From the NCBI GenBank assembly GCA_951406725.2, contig OX597819.1, forward strand, positions 99,448,001 to 99,512,000: a stretch of 64,000 nucleotides of DNA. Direction: 5' to 3'. The notes under the pieces were generated by a model, which had not been told where the DNA came from, ran no database searches, and saw only the letters and a program-made list of their open reading frames with translations. Source of the DNA: Octopus vulgaris. Lineage: Eukaryota. Positions 1 through 47,747 of this stretch are shown in pieces. Both the position numbers and the translations under genes were made by a program. Numbering within the stretch: position 1 is the stretch's first letter; every line of letters begins with the position of its first letter.

Positions 1-112
1 CTGTAACTCAATAGCTAGGTCCTGGTACTCTACTATTTTTTATATATTCCATACTTTTTCCATCGTTTGGGATTGTAAAGTTAATTATGTGGAAATTTGT
101 TCTCTTTATTTA

Positions 113-145
113 CTACCGCTGCTGCTGCTGCTACTACTACCACTA

Positions 146-218
<73 letters not shown>

Positions 219-219
219 C
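113..219. repeat. (CTG)n/(CTA)n microsatellite
   Basis: Direct reading. Confidence 0.95.
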
Positions 220-560
220 AAATCAAAACTGCAGCTTCTATTACAATGTCAGTCTGAATGTTAAAGTCCCACATCTTGTATTTCTTACTTTCTAGTACTC
301 TACTAGGTTTATGTTGATGGTATTTGTCAGTATCTTTAAATCCTGGGTTTATACATTGCTCTCAGTAGATTGCTCTCCCTTGTTACTTATAATCTTTCTA
401 TGGAAGCATGCTACATATATAAGTAACGCTTTCACTTATATAAGTAACGCTTTCCTCTTTTGATTTGCGTAATCTGCATTGACAATCTATGTATTTTTCG
501 TCTATCTTCACTTTTATCCAATTAGCCCTCAATGCTTGATCTTGTACAGCTACAAACTTT

Positions 561-598
561 ATAATGATAATAATAATAATAATTTATTATTATTATTA

Positions 599-647
<49 letters not shown>

Positions 648-673
648 CATTATTATTATTATTATTATTATTA

Positions 674-718
<45 letters not shown>

Positions 719-797
719 TTATTATTATTATTATTATTACTTTTTTTTTCTTCTTTCAAATTTTCTTCCATTTCTTGCCGAGTGTCTTCCCGACTCC

Positions 798-875
<78 letters not shown>
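561..875. repeat. (ATT)n microsatellite tract interrupted by a short LINE 3' end
   Basis: Direct reading. Confidence 0.95.
738..798 (-). mobile_element. Extremely 5'-truncated R4/Dong-like LINE 3' end inside (TAA)n
   Basis: Reverse complement nearly identical to 37759-37812 (ggagtcgggaagacactcggcaagaaatggaag.aaatttgaaagaaga). Confidence 0.85.
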
Positions 876-876
<1 letters not shown>

Positions 877-1621
877 CTAGTATGTATTATATTATTTCAT
901 TCATTAATATATAATATCAGTAAAATGTTCCAAACCGGTCAACATATACTCTATTTTTCATTACAATGTCCAAAAGAAGCGCTGGTATCCTACCAAATTA
1001 TAAGCTATCTATTTGTTTATAAATGTAAGTCGGACTAGACATTACAATAAGAATTCCTTTACGTGTTGTGTAAAACGTCATTAATACATTGCGAGTGTTT
1101 TGTTTCGTTTTATAAAACGCTTTATATTTCAAGAGGAAAGCCTATATCCGGCTGGAAAATTTTCTCCACAATTGTCCACATAAAGTATTTTTCCATTTTG
1201 GAATAATTTCTTTAATCTAATGCCAGACATAACGTTGAAAAAGAACAGCTTTAAGTTGAATTTTCTTTACTTAGAATAACTCAAAAAGTTAATGTTACCG
1301 GTGTTGTATTCAAATAAAATTTGACAATTGACGCAGAACAGAAATGTTTAATATAGAAATAGATATTTCTGATATTTTCGTAAGACTAATAGTGACAGAT
1401 ATGTTTGTCCCGTGTGAAGAGGGCAAATGCTAGCAAATTGTGTCCACAACTTTCATTTTCTTAAAAGTAAAAATGTTGTAAGGGTTTGTTTCTTTGTTCT
1501 TAATTTATGAAAATATCAACCCGCAAGACTGAAATATTATGTACGCTAACAATAATTTATATATTTTGCCATACTGCTTTTTTCCTATATTAAATTTACC
1601 AATTGAAAACTACTTTTACAG

Positions 1622-35500
<33,879 letters not shown>

Positions 35501-36345
35501 ACGCCTTCCACTCGGTAAGTAGGCTCAAAATAAGTTAATTAGTAAATATATGTATACACGTAGAAACACACACACGCACGTGCGCGCGTACGCTCACATG
35601 TATGTAATTGTATGTGTATATATATATATATATCTGTAAAAGTGTATGCATATGTATACATATTTAAATATATCCATACATCAATACACACACACGCACG
35701 CACATATATTTGAGGGTGTAAATAATAAGTAAGTGATCATCTCACCTTGCCAGTATTTTATGCGGGAAGCAGGTTGGCAGTGTTGGAACAGCGGAATAAA
35801 AATTACGAGTTTTGATATAATAAAAATTAAGTTATATTTTGGTCAATTATTAAAGTAGCTCTCGGTTAGTCCAAAGCCTGCATATAATTCTTCCAGAATG
35901 AAAAACAATAATTCTAATTAAAGAAAAGAGAATTCTAATTAAAGAAAAGATGGAGTCGCTGCTATAATCGGTTTTCTAAAAGCCGTTATATAACCGATAA
36001 TAGCAGCGACTCTATCTAAGAATATTTAAAGAAGGAATATTATTCCGAAATATCATCGGACTATGGATGACTAAATTACAACAGGGGGTATCATCTTGAA
36101 GGGTTTTACTCCAACTGATTGGCCCCAGCACTTATTTTTAAGTCTGACACTTATTCTGTCTTACTTTTTGCTGGGCTCCTAAGTTAGTGGGACTTAAACA
36201 AATCAGAACCGGATGACTAAATAGCCCATTGTCTGTATTATAGTGCATTGTGGTACCATTCAAAACTTTTTATTCTTTACAAATAATACACATTGCTTCA
36301 AGCGAACTACAATGCTCTCATTTATGTATTTGTGTGTATGTGTGT

Positions 36346-36407
<62 letters not shown>

Positions 36408-36639
36408 AGTCAATCCAAACATTAACAAGCAAGAAATAACAACAACGCGACGGCGTGGAATAAGTTCAGTGTTATTGGACGCTCAGGGAAGGAAAGAAAA
36501 AAAAAGAGGATTTCATGTTTGGAGCGGAGCCCTTCATGAGAAATATAGAAAATGTCCAAAGAGGAGAATACAGGAAAGAAAATCGCCAACGATACACACG
36601 CAGTCGCATATTGAAATGACCGGGTGGGGGGAATGGGTG

Positions 36640-36933
36640 AAGAAAAAGTAAGAAATAGCTCAGCTACGGAAAATGAAGAAGGTGAAGTCAGTGCTAATTA
36701 TTGTTGGGTCCTTGGGAATAATATCAGAAGGCATCAAGAGGAATATAAAGGAAATTGGAATAGAGTGCCCAGTAGAACTGATACAAAAGGTTTGCCTCTT
36801 TGGCACGGCCAGAATAACCAGGAAAGTATTAGATAGCTGAAAAGAACGGATAGCATGGCATTGTAGGCTGCATGTGGTAACCCGCTACACACGCAAGACT
36901 CCAGAAGCCCCAACAAAGTCTGTGATAAAGAGA

Positions 36934-36968
<35 letters not shown>

Positions 36969-36988
36969 TGATGATGATGATGATGATG

Positions 36989-37040
<52 letters not shown>
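36640..37040 (+). mobile_element. R4/Dong-like LINE 3' end with (AAT)n/(GAT)n tail
   Basis: IIVGSLGIISEG..IGIECPVELIQKVCLFGTARITRKVLDS*, then a short UTR and (AAT)n. Confidence 0.8.
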
Positions 37041-37842
37041 GGACCACCTAATCTCTGGATGTAAAGGACCACCTAATCTCTGGATGTTAAGGACCACCTA
37101 ATCTCTGGATGTAAGGACCACCTCTGGATGTAAAGTCTTAGCACCAGTGGAGTATAAATTAAGACATGACAGAGTTGGCCAATATCTACACTGGCTAATA
37201 AGTCGGCATTACAATATCAAAACTGCCGACAAGTGGTAAAATCACCACCCTGAAGCTGTAACTGAAGGAGAAAATGTAACGATTCTGTGGGACAGTCCAG
37301 TACATACAGACCGAGCCATCAAAGCCAATAAACCGGATATTGTTGTGAAATACCAAAACAATAAAGTTTGCTTATTGATCGACATGAGCATCCCCTGTGA
37401 TCATAATATCGCGGCGAAAGAATTTGACAAGCTCAGAAAATATAAAGACCTGCTCATTGAAATTGAGAAAATGTGGCATCTCAAGGCGGTTACAATACCA
37501 GTGATCGTAGGAGCACTAGGAATGATCAAGAAGGGAACCGAAAATTATATGAGAATGATCCCTGGCTTACCATCCCTGCAAGAAGTGCAAAAGATTGTCT
37601 TAACTGGTACATCACACGTATTGAGAAGAGCATTGTCGATGTGAGAACTATTACTACCCATGTATTTTAATTTAACTTTATTTCTATAAAAAAAATGAAC
37701 GAACTAGTGAGTTTAGTTTAATGGCCTACCAATGTATACTATGAGTTTCTTTGCCCGAGGAGTCGGGAAGACACTCGGCAAGAAATGGAAGCAAATTTGA
37801 AAGAAGAAGAAAAACCCATAAATAATAATAATAATAATAATG
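37041..37842 (+). mobile_element. 5'-truncated R4/Dong-like LINE (CCHC end plus RLE) flanked by (AAT)n
   Basis: DHLISGC..YKLRHDRVGQYLHW..ILWD..ANKPDIVV..LIDMSIPCD..KLRKYKDL..PVIVGALG..QKIVLTGTSHVLRRAL*. Confidence 0.92.
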
Positions 37843-38397
37843 ACACACACACATACATACATACATATATATACATATATACATACATACAGGCATAAAC
37901 ATATAAACAACACATATAAGTGTATCAATCTATGTATCCATCTATCTTTTTGTGTGTATATAATTAACTTTAACATAGATTTGACTTTCTCTCATGGAAA
38001 GTTTATGAGTTCCTTGGTGTCTTTGCAATCAAATGTTAAAGATGCTAGTTGGTATATTACTAGAGACCATATGACGGACTATGATGATCATCTTTTATAC
38101 TGACATCAGGGAAAACTAGATGAGTAATGTGTAACGAAGACTATAGTAAAAGCAGACAGCAGAAATACAATAAGAGTGAAGGCACAAATAGAAAAGCGCT
38201 TTTATCATGTCAGTTTAACCCTTCCCCCACGAGTCTGGTTATATCTAGAACCGCATTGTCCGGTGTGCGGTTCCTTTTTAGGATGGTATTGTACAACTTT
38301 ACAGGTAATCACTCTTTCTAGTGACCTCTTTTTGAGGATTTATTCTATCTTTATACAACACGGCTCACCAATAATCAAAATTTGTTTTATTTTTCAG

Positions 38398-39790
38398 ATT
38401 GAACATGGACACGATAACCAAGTTTTAAGATTACACCAATCAATTTCTTTTTTATTTTGAGATTTTTTTTTAACGGAAATTAAAATTAAATTAGATATAA
38501 TAATTAAAATGCAAAATTATGAAAAATATATTCTTTTATCAAAATGAATAATAACTGTACCATTTAACCCATGCAAGCGTGGGGTGGCATTTAAAATATT
38601 ACTAAAATGAATAAATGCATAATATTATAAAAATTAATAACTTTACTTTACATGTGGCACTAATAAGTTTATCAACCTAGAAGTTACTTTCTCTTCAAGT
38701 ATTACTGGATATACAGGCTAAATCTGAAGAAACAGTAAATAAGTATTTGCTTATATCTATCATTTTATCAAGCAATAATAAAGTTTTTCACAATTTTCAT
38801 ACTTTCTCCCAAAGTAAAAGATAAACTTTATATAATTAAAACACATTTATCTAATTCCTGCTACCAATTCATAAATATACTAGATTGATATAGGGCATTA
38901 ATGTTATGAATCAATTTTTAACTTATTTTAATCATCAGCACACACCAGATTCTTAATTTTAGAATAGATAATTAAAGGAAATCATCTCAGATTGTTAATA
39001 GAACTTCCCTGCATTAAACTGCATGCTGTTGTCCTCAGCCCACCTGTATATTATATCCAACTCCAGTTGCAAATGTGCAATATTTCCAGGGTAGATAACA
39101 TTTAGATAACATTTCAAAAATACTTGTAAAATGTGTTTTTAATACAGCCCTTTGTTATATTCCTTTGTACGTAGATGACTTAGAAAGTAATCTAATTATT
39201 ATTTGCATTACCTTTTGACTCACACTCGTAATAATTTCTATTATTTCTTGAGAAAATTCTATGCAACAAAAATAAATATATAAATAAATAAATGAAATAT
39301 AACACTCTTTAATAGTCCTGTAAGATCCTATTTTAAATAAATGATTGAACAATCCAGAAGATTAACCAAATATTTAGTGCCACATTTTTAGCTGCAATAT
39401 TATTACATTGTAATATCTGTATTAGCATTTATTATATGAAGCAGGGGAAATGAATCAATGTTAAAACAAAGATATATTCTTACATTAAAAATCGTGATTT
39501 TATAACACACATTATATTACTAATTTTAAAATTATAATAATTTTCTTATGCGTTAAATAACTTTTAGTAAAAATCTTACGATATATATTTTTAAATTTTC
39601 ATCATGTATCCTTGTATAATTTTGTATGATTACAATACAGGCTGGCCTGATTAAAGATATTTTATATTTCATTGTGACTCAGTGTTTTACTTTAAAAATT
39701 TAGCTATTCTCTAGACTGCTCACTTCATTACTCAGTTGTCGTATAAAGAGTTAGCTGCCTAATAAAAGCTATTGTCAGTATTTATAGGTA
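38398..39790 (+). other. Probable terminal 3'UTR exon of the EGF/mucin gene (3' end uncertain)
   Basis: Strong acceptor tttgttttatttttcag ending at 38397; repeat-poor AT-rich tract with several AATAAA (about 38610, 38777, 39761). Confidence 0.45.
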
Positions 39791-40254
39791 TAGTCAGCTC
39801 AGTTTTGTTGTTGATGTATTCATTGTTGTTACTTAAAATACGTAAAATACGCGCAACTCATGCTAAATTTCGTCTACAAATTCGATGTAAAATGGACGTT
39901 GCTACAAGCAGATGAATAAATTCACCCTTGTAATTACGTACGCTTATTTATATGCAACTGAAGTTTGAAATAGAAAAGAAAAAAAAGAAACAATTCTCAC
40001 AATTTTCATAAGATTAATAATACTAGAGTAATCTATTAAATATTGTATGAAATCTACTCCAGATGAATCAGCATTATCAACCCCCGTCGTGTCATATTAT
40101 CGAGAGAACATCAATTAAAGAATGTATTCTTAAAGATTATGCATGAAAGAGATGTATGACTAAAGATATTTAGCACAGCTAAAAGTAAAGAATTATACCC
40201 TTTTTCAGAATTTATGGCCCAATCTCTAACTTTCAGAAGATTTCCTAAATATTA

Positions 40255-40460
40255 ACCGGCAGTATCTTTAGCACACCGAGCAAAATCCTTCACGGCATTT
40301 CGTCTGTCTTAACTCTGTGAGTTTAACTTCTGTTGAGGTTGACTTTCCTTTTCGTCTCTCTCGGGGTCGATAAAATAAGTACCAGTTGAACACTGGAGTC
40401 GATGTAATCGACTAGCCCCCCTTACCAAACTTGCTAGCCTTGGGCCAAAATTTGAAACCA
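40255..40460 (+). mobile_element. Diverged SINE copy (same family as 6792-7435)
   Basis: cggggtcgataaaataagtaccagttgaacactggagtcgatgtaatcgact. Confidence 0.8.
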
Positions 40461-41044
40461 ATATTAACTGTATGAAGTCATAAACCAGCTCAACTGATGT
40501 TACATAAAGAAGATAATTTAATTTCCAGGTTCTCATATTTATTCATTTATTTATTTATTTTCTTACTTCGTGTTCCTCTTGAAATCAATTGCAAAATAGC
40601 TGGTTCATTTTTATCCGGAAAGTTAAAAAGATGCGTTTCAGAGTCTAAACTTTAGAAAAAAAAGAAAAAGAAATAGAAAAAGATAAAGTTTTATACTTTA
40701 TTTCATTAATTATTCTTGTATAAAGGCTGAGATTAGTGGTCACTCATGGCATTTTTTTCAGTGCTGGGGCAGACGTACAATGAACAGGCTTTATTCTTCC
40801 CTCAATATGAGTATATTAAACGATTACATTTTCCCTATTTAATACAGTTTAGTGAAGTAATTCCTAATTCACATACGAGGTTTAAAGCTGAAACAAAGTA
40901 GATAATTTTGTGTTTGGTTTGTAGATGGCTTTCAATTCTCCATGACTGATTAAATTTTATTCAGCTACAACTGTTCAGCAATACATGAAGCAATTGTTCA
41001 AAAAAGGAGGCCCAAAATCCTTAAATTTAGCCCGAACATTCCTT

Positions 41045-43520
41045 ACATACGTTAGTTCGTCCAACGTTGTCGACGATGACCAAGGACATCGCATGGGGGA
41101 AGAAGACGGATCACGGTATGTCTGGCTGTGGACCATCAGTCTGATGCAAGCTCGGAAGGATCTGCTGAAGATTGGGCACTGATGGTTTATTGAAAGTAAG
41201 TAGTTGTCTCTGGACTTGCGCAGTTCTTTGTGCTCCTACAATCTTGTTCAGTTCCTAGGAGGTGGTATCTCTATTGGTGCAGATTCGCCAGTCAAGGCAG
41301 TTTTGTGTTTGCGTTTCCCAGGTTCCACGCTTGATCGAAAAGCACTTTAGTGAGGCTTTGAGTGTATCCTGGAGTTTTTTCTGTTCACCTTGCGTGCGCT
41401 TGCCTTCTACCAGTTCGCTATAAAACAGTCTCTTCGGGAGTCGTGTGTGAAACATTAGGACGAGGTGGCTCTTCCTCCTGACTTGTGCTCTCCTCAGCAG
41501 TGTGTAAATGCTTGGCAGATTAGTTCAGAACAGGAACTCCGTATCTGGGACATTGTCTTGCCAAGTGATTTTCTGCAGTTTTCTCAGACAGTTCATGTGG
41601 AAGCCGTTCAACTGTTTGGCGTGGCGTTCGTAAACCGTCCAAATTTTGCAGGTGTACAGTAGCCTAGGCAGTACAACTGCTTGGCATACCTTCAACTTGG
41701 TTGCCAGCCTCTTACCTATCTTTTCTCACACTGGTTCACGTAGCTGCACGAACGCAGAGCTTCTCACTGCGAAGCGTGTTTCGATTTCATCGTCAGTGTT
41801 TACAGATCTAGAGAATGTGCTAGATTCAAGATACGTGAACTTATCAATAACCTTCAGCATTTCCCCTTTAACAGTGATAGTTGGTTCTACAGCCTCTGCG
41901 GGGCAGGTTAGTGCATGACTTCTGCTTTCTGATTACTGGTTGTGGGATCAACTTTGTTGCAGGCAATCATAAAGTAGTTCATGGTTCATGCTCTGTTGCA
42001 TCTGAGCCTCTGTGGAGGCGTTGAGCGCGCACTCGTCTGAGGACAGAAATACGCGCACTGTATCCCCTTTCACCTTGGTCTTGGCCTGTAGTCACTGCAG
42101 GCTGAAGAGTCTTCCTTAGTTCTGAATCTGATCTTGACGCTGTTTTCGTTGACGTCGCAGAAAACATCTATAGCATAGTTAGGAACGTCATGCTGAACTG
42201 CGTAGGTACGAGTAGTCAGCACTCCTTGTTTCCGTTAATAACTAGAAATGTATCGAAAGAATCTCCATTGTCCCCGACTGGAGCGAGCATGGCACCGAGA
42301 AACTGACACCATGCTGATGAATTTTTCCAGACGGCCGTATTTTCTCAATATCCTCCAAAACCCCTCACGACTGATGGCGTCAAAGGAATTGGTTAAATCA
42401 ACATATGTCGTGTATTGATCTCTGTTCTATTCATGACACTTCGCATGAAGTTGGTGTAGCACAAGGATCGTGTCGACCGTCTCACTGCCATTTCTCATCT
42501 CACACTCACTCTCTGGTAGATTCCCGTCTTCCAAGTGATGAGTAAGGCGGTTAATGTGAACTTTTGCTAATATCTTGCCAGCGATGCTAAGGAGAGAAAT
42601 TCCTCAATCGTCGTCACAGGGCTGCCTGTTTTCATTTCTCCTGTAGAGATGGAGTATAGCAACACTTTTCAGCTCCTGATGAACAGTTTCTAGTTACCAC
42701 ATAGTCTGAAAGAGATTGGTTATCTTATCTGCCATCAGTGGTCACACGCCTTGTACAGTTCAGCTGGAATTGACTTAGAGTCTAATGCCTTGCTACTTTA
42801 AGGAATTCTGAAAATATTCTTGATCTCTTGTTTCTGCTGGAGGCTCTATCAGAGGAATATTGATGTCAATTGGGGCATGCGAGCAATGGCCTCGGCGTTC
42901 ATAGAGGAAGTCTTATTCAGGATGTAGTCCATCTTCCCAGGATTTCATCGTTGTCAGTGACGTGTATGCTCTTGTCCATATTGAGCAGTGGTAATGTTCT
43001 TGAGGGCTGAGTTGTAGCGGTATCTGAGTGTGATGTGTTGACTTGCGTGTGACATGTCTCATTCTCCCTTGTCTCTTCCTATCTGATTCCAGAGACAGGA
43101 CGAAGTGAAGACAAGAGATAGGTCAGGATACATTGGGTGGAAATGATGGCCATCGAGTATAACTCTACAGTTCACGCTCCACAATACTTGCTGGTTCGGC
43201 TTCATGCTTGTTGAACGAATCTTGTGGAATATTCCGCACAGTCCGCTGGGTCTATCCTTCACATGTAAAGGTAGACAAAAGCTAGCCCAACAAGGGTTGA
43301 AAGCCATCGTCTACCCTAACCAAGTTTCAGCCAGGCTGTGGAAGCCATTGCTCGGGGTGTGGCTGCTGTAGCATGCTAACATCTTCGAGGAGCCATAGGT
43401 GAAAGTTGGATGTCAGGTGAGGGCCAAAGCGGACGAACTACTCCAAAGAGTACCACACCTTACCTCATCAGAGGCACTACCCCACATTACCCTACTCAGA
43501 CACCCCTTGCATCCGAACAC
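41045..43520 (-). mobile_element. Degenerate RTE/BovB-like LINE
   Basis: Minus strand RLPKRLFYSELVEGKRTQG, YVDLTNSFDAISREG and GISLLSIAGKILAK; many disablements. Confidence 0.8.
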
Positions 43521-43529
43521 AGTATATAT

Positions 43530-45385
43530 ACGAGACTGAGCCGTGAAAATTGAAAAGGAAGGACGCTTCAGTTATGAATACAAAATCGCGGCAAATGCCA
43601 GTTGCAATCCAAAAACCTTATTTGCCCATGTCCAACGGAATTCCCGCTTGAACAACCAGATTGCAACGTTGGTAGACTCAACAGGCGTATAGATTGAGGA
43701 CCCTTAACAGAGTCGATTATTTGCCGAGGCTTTTTCAACTATTTTCAAACAAGATGACGGTCGTGAACCCCCTCCATTTGATAGATCGGTACCTCCAATG
43801 CTTCGATTGGTCATCACGCAGGACGAAGTCAAACGTGTTATTCAAGGCCTCGATGTCAACAAGGGTCACGGCCCTGACGGCTTACACCCACGGGTTATCA
43901 AAGCGTTGGCTCCGGTCATCTGCGAGCCCTTAACACGTCTATTCAATATGTAATTGGCGACAGGTGTTATACCTGCGGACTGGAGAACAGCGGTAATCTG
44001 CCCAATTTTCAAGAAAGGGAGCCGCGAAGACCCGCTTAACTACCGACCGGTTTCCCTTACATCAATAATCAGCAAGATGTTCGAAACCATCCTTAAAAAA
44101 AGTATGATGCTCCACCTCCAAAACACAGCCTCCATCTCTGATTCCCAACACGGCTTCGTGCCGAAGAGATCATGCTTGACCAACTTACTGGTAATGGAAG
44201 AATTGGTGACGCGCATCCTCGATGATAGTGATGCTGTTGACATCATTTTATTGGACTTTGCCAAAGCTTTTGACTCGGTAAACCACCGCCTATTACTTGT
44301 CAAGCTTCAAGCATATAGTTTCCATCCGGATATTGTACCTTCCTTGTGCCTTCCTTTCAGATCGCTCCTCCCAAGTCCAAGTTAATGGTTCGCAGTCCGA
44401 CGTCTCTAGTGCCAGCAGTGGCGTGCCTCAAGGTTCAGTGCTTGGGCCCTTATTGTTCTTATTCTTCATAAATGACTTGCCCGACGACCTCACGCAACAC
44501 ACCCTTCTATTTGCCGACGATGTCAAACTGGTTGCTCCTCGCGGTGATTTAGAGGATCTTCGTCGATGCCTCCACCAAATTTGGAGGTGGTCTAACGAAT
44601 GGGACGTGTCTGAACGTGTCAAAGTGCTGTCATCTGCCTGTTGGCTCTCCTGCAACTCAACTTGATTTCGAGCCGGGTCGTCTGCTGCTGGAGAGGACCG
44701 ATCAAGTAAAGGACCTGGGTATCTTGGTGGATACCTCCTTTACGCCTTCGGCCCAGTGCGTCCATGCTGCCAACAAAGCACGCGGAATTCTGTTCTTGAT
44801 TCGACGGTCATTCGGAATGCTCACAGCAGCCATATTCCTACCACTCTATGTCATGCTGGTGAGACCCATATTGGAATACGGGATTCAAGCCTCTTCTCCT
44901 TATCTCCTCAAAGACATACAGCATCTCGAAAGAGTCCAGAAGCTGGCTACCCGCATGGTTCATGGTCTCAAAAATTTGTCCTATGAAGAAAGGCTGAGGA
45001 CGCTCGACCTTTATTCTCTTGAAAAACACCGCCGCCGTGGTGATCTCATTCTCGCCCACAACATCATAAGCGGAAAGTGTAACCTCTCGAAAGAGCTGTT
45101 CTTCACTCCTGCTCCAGAGCGTCGGCTGCGGTGTCATTCCGAAAAGCTCTACCTGCGACGATTTCATCTCAATCAAAGGAGAGGAGCTTTCTCCATCCGG
45201 GTTGCGGATCCGTGGAACAAGCTGCCAGACGAGATGGTGAAGATGCCGACGACCGCTTTGTTCAAAGCCTCCCTTGACCTCAAGTGGCCTGAACTCTTTA
45301 CATGAACACCACCCTGTACTTAACTCCATGTCCCCCTACATGGCCTTGCTATTTGCTTTTGAGCCAAATTAACTAACTAACTAAC
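43530..45385 (+). mobile_element. 5'-truncated CR1-clade LINE (RT), frameshifted, with (ACTA)n tail
   Basis: PADWRTAVICPIFKKG..NYRPVSLTS, LDFAKAFDSVNH, SGVPQGSVLGPLLF, LFADDVKL, RRRGDLI, WNKLP. Confidence 0.92.
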
Positions 45386-45540
<155 letters not shown>

Positions 45541-45691
45541 CAAGTGAGTAGACAAACGAAAGAAGTACACTCAACACATTTATTGGGAGTTACATGTATT
45601 GATTAAAACAACCTGATTCAGAATCCCTGGTACTCAGAGTTTGAAGTACGTGTATAGTCTTCTGCCAATGATTCTAAAGCAAACTATTTTG

Positions 45692-45757
<66 letters not shown>

Positions 45758-46233
45758 ATACAAATAATAGGAATGACCGATAGGTGGATACCTAATATGC
45801 TAGAGAAAGACCCCATATGGTCTGACCACCAAGAAAAATAGTTCTCAAGAAATTTCGGCAAATGCCAGGACGTAAAGCGAGCAAGACAAATAAAAAGATA
45901 CAAAATTTGGTGATAAGTCACATACTAGGTTTCATTGTTACAATACGTAAATGTTCGCAAATCATCAGTGTGACCGTCACGGAAAATATAATTTACAGAA
46001 CTATACACGAGACATCCTAACATGAGAGTATATTTACGTAATGTAAATGGTAACCATGAAACATTGCTAGATGACTTATTACCAAATTTTGTTTCTTTAC
46101 ATTTGTCTTATTCATTTTACGTTCTGGCGTTTGCCGTAATTTCTTGAGAAAACTCTTCTTAGTGGTCAGACCATATTGGGTCTTCCTCTAGCATATTAGG
46201 AATCCAACTAGTGATCATTCCTCTTATTTGTAT
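45758..46233. repeat. Diverged inverted repeat with ~190-bp arms
   Basis: cctaatatgctagagaaagaccccatatggtctgaccac versus gtggtcagaccatattgggtcttcctctagcatattagg. Confidence 0.88.
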
Positions 46234-46427
46234 GTTATATAATTTTTTCTGAATCTTCGGATATTTAAGATATGCTGGGCCACTGTTTTAAATTAATATT
46301 AATTTAATTAATATTTATTTCCACCCTCATTATTTAACTTTATATATATATATGTATAAAAACACAGACACACACACAGACAGACACAGACACAGACACA
46401 CGCACACACACACACACACATACACAG

Positions 46428-46458
<31 letters not shown>

Positions 46459-47074
46459 AACACACACACAAACATACATACACACACACACACACACACA
46501 CGCATACACCCATGTATGATGGACTCTCCCGTCAGTTTCGAAATGGAAATCCGACAAGCTACACATTCTTTATCAGTATCAATGCTCATGTCGGATGCAA
46601 CATTTGAGTTTTGCCAAGGATTTGCAAAGAAGACAGCAGATGTTGCAAGTATGAGGATTACAGGTCAGTAGAGGCAGTCAGGCAGTATATTTGCACCTGA
46701 TTTTCTCCTTTGCCTTGCACCCCTAAGCCTGTTAATGAAACAAATTATCACATGCCTTTTGAGACGAGGACCTCTATTTTGTTCGCTCCAAGGCTATCTT
46801 CTCGAAGGTGTTGTGAGCTATATTCTGATTGTATTTCTACCCTATATGTCAGTGTATCAAAGACTTGTTTCTTTTCTACTCCATAAGAAACTGGTTTGAG
46901 AGGGAGGAGGAAGCGTGGCTAATCATGCCTCCCCGCCATTCAAACTTTTTTCATCATTCTTTTCCCTTCTTCTGCAAACAACCAAAACACACCTACTTTA
47001 TTTTCTTGTCCCTATATTCACTATCTCTCATTCTCTCCTCCTCTCTCACCCTTGAACTTTCCTTTCTAAGTTCA

Positions 47075-47225
47075 AATTCTGAGTTCAAATTCCGCCGAGG
47101 TGGACTTTGCCTTTCATCCTTTCGGGGTCGATAAATTAGGTACCAGTTGCCTACTGGGGTCGCTCTAATCGACTGGCCCCCTCCTCCAAAATCCCGGGTC
47201 TTGTGCCTAGAGTAGAAAAGAAAAT
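47075..47225 (+). mobile_element. 5'-truncated SINE copy
   Basis: ctgagttcaaattccgccgaggtggactttgcctttcatcctttcggggtcgataaa...gtgcctagagtagaaaag. Confidence 0.85.
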
Positions 47226-47361
47226 TTTATATTAAAAGCCCATGCAAACTTACAATAAACCACTTTTTTCATAAATCCGATAACTGAAGAAAGCGCTTAA
47301 ACTGTAAGTAAAAATATTTATTATCATCCAACATTCTGACTACCTTATTATTGTCAATATG

Positions 47362-47428
<67 letters not shown>

Positions 47429-47747
47429 ATAATAAATATTAGGGAATAAATCCAAACTTACAGGGAAAAATCAGATTTAGGATTGAATCCAATTTTATAG
47501 TAAAATATTATATTATATTAAATTAGAGACAAAACCACTATTAGGCAAATCATATTTAAACCACCTGATGAATGACTGTAACTCGAAAATTTAAAGAAAT
47601 TAACAGCCATGAAATGATCGTAGTGATATATTAATTATATTTTTTTAATAATTTTGTTATATATTTAAATAATATAAATTAAATAATCTTATGTATTGGC
47701 TTAAGTCTTTCATTGTATGATTTGCCTAATAGTGGTTTTGTCTCTAA

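Noticed and set aside
89-1038. Poly-L/Y/I/N ORFs (and the many YIYI, HTHT, CVCV and ERER ORFs elsewhere)
   Set aside because: Translations of microsatellites with no coding signal.
37039-37135. CRISPR-like ~25-bp repeats
   Set aside because: No spacers, eukaryotic context, and the unit is LINE coding sequence.
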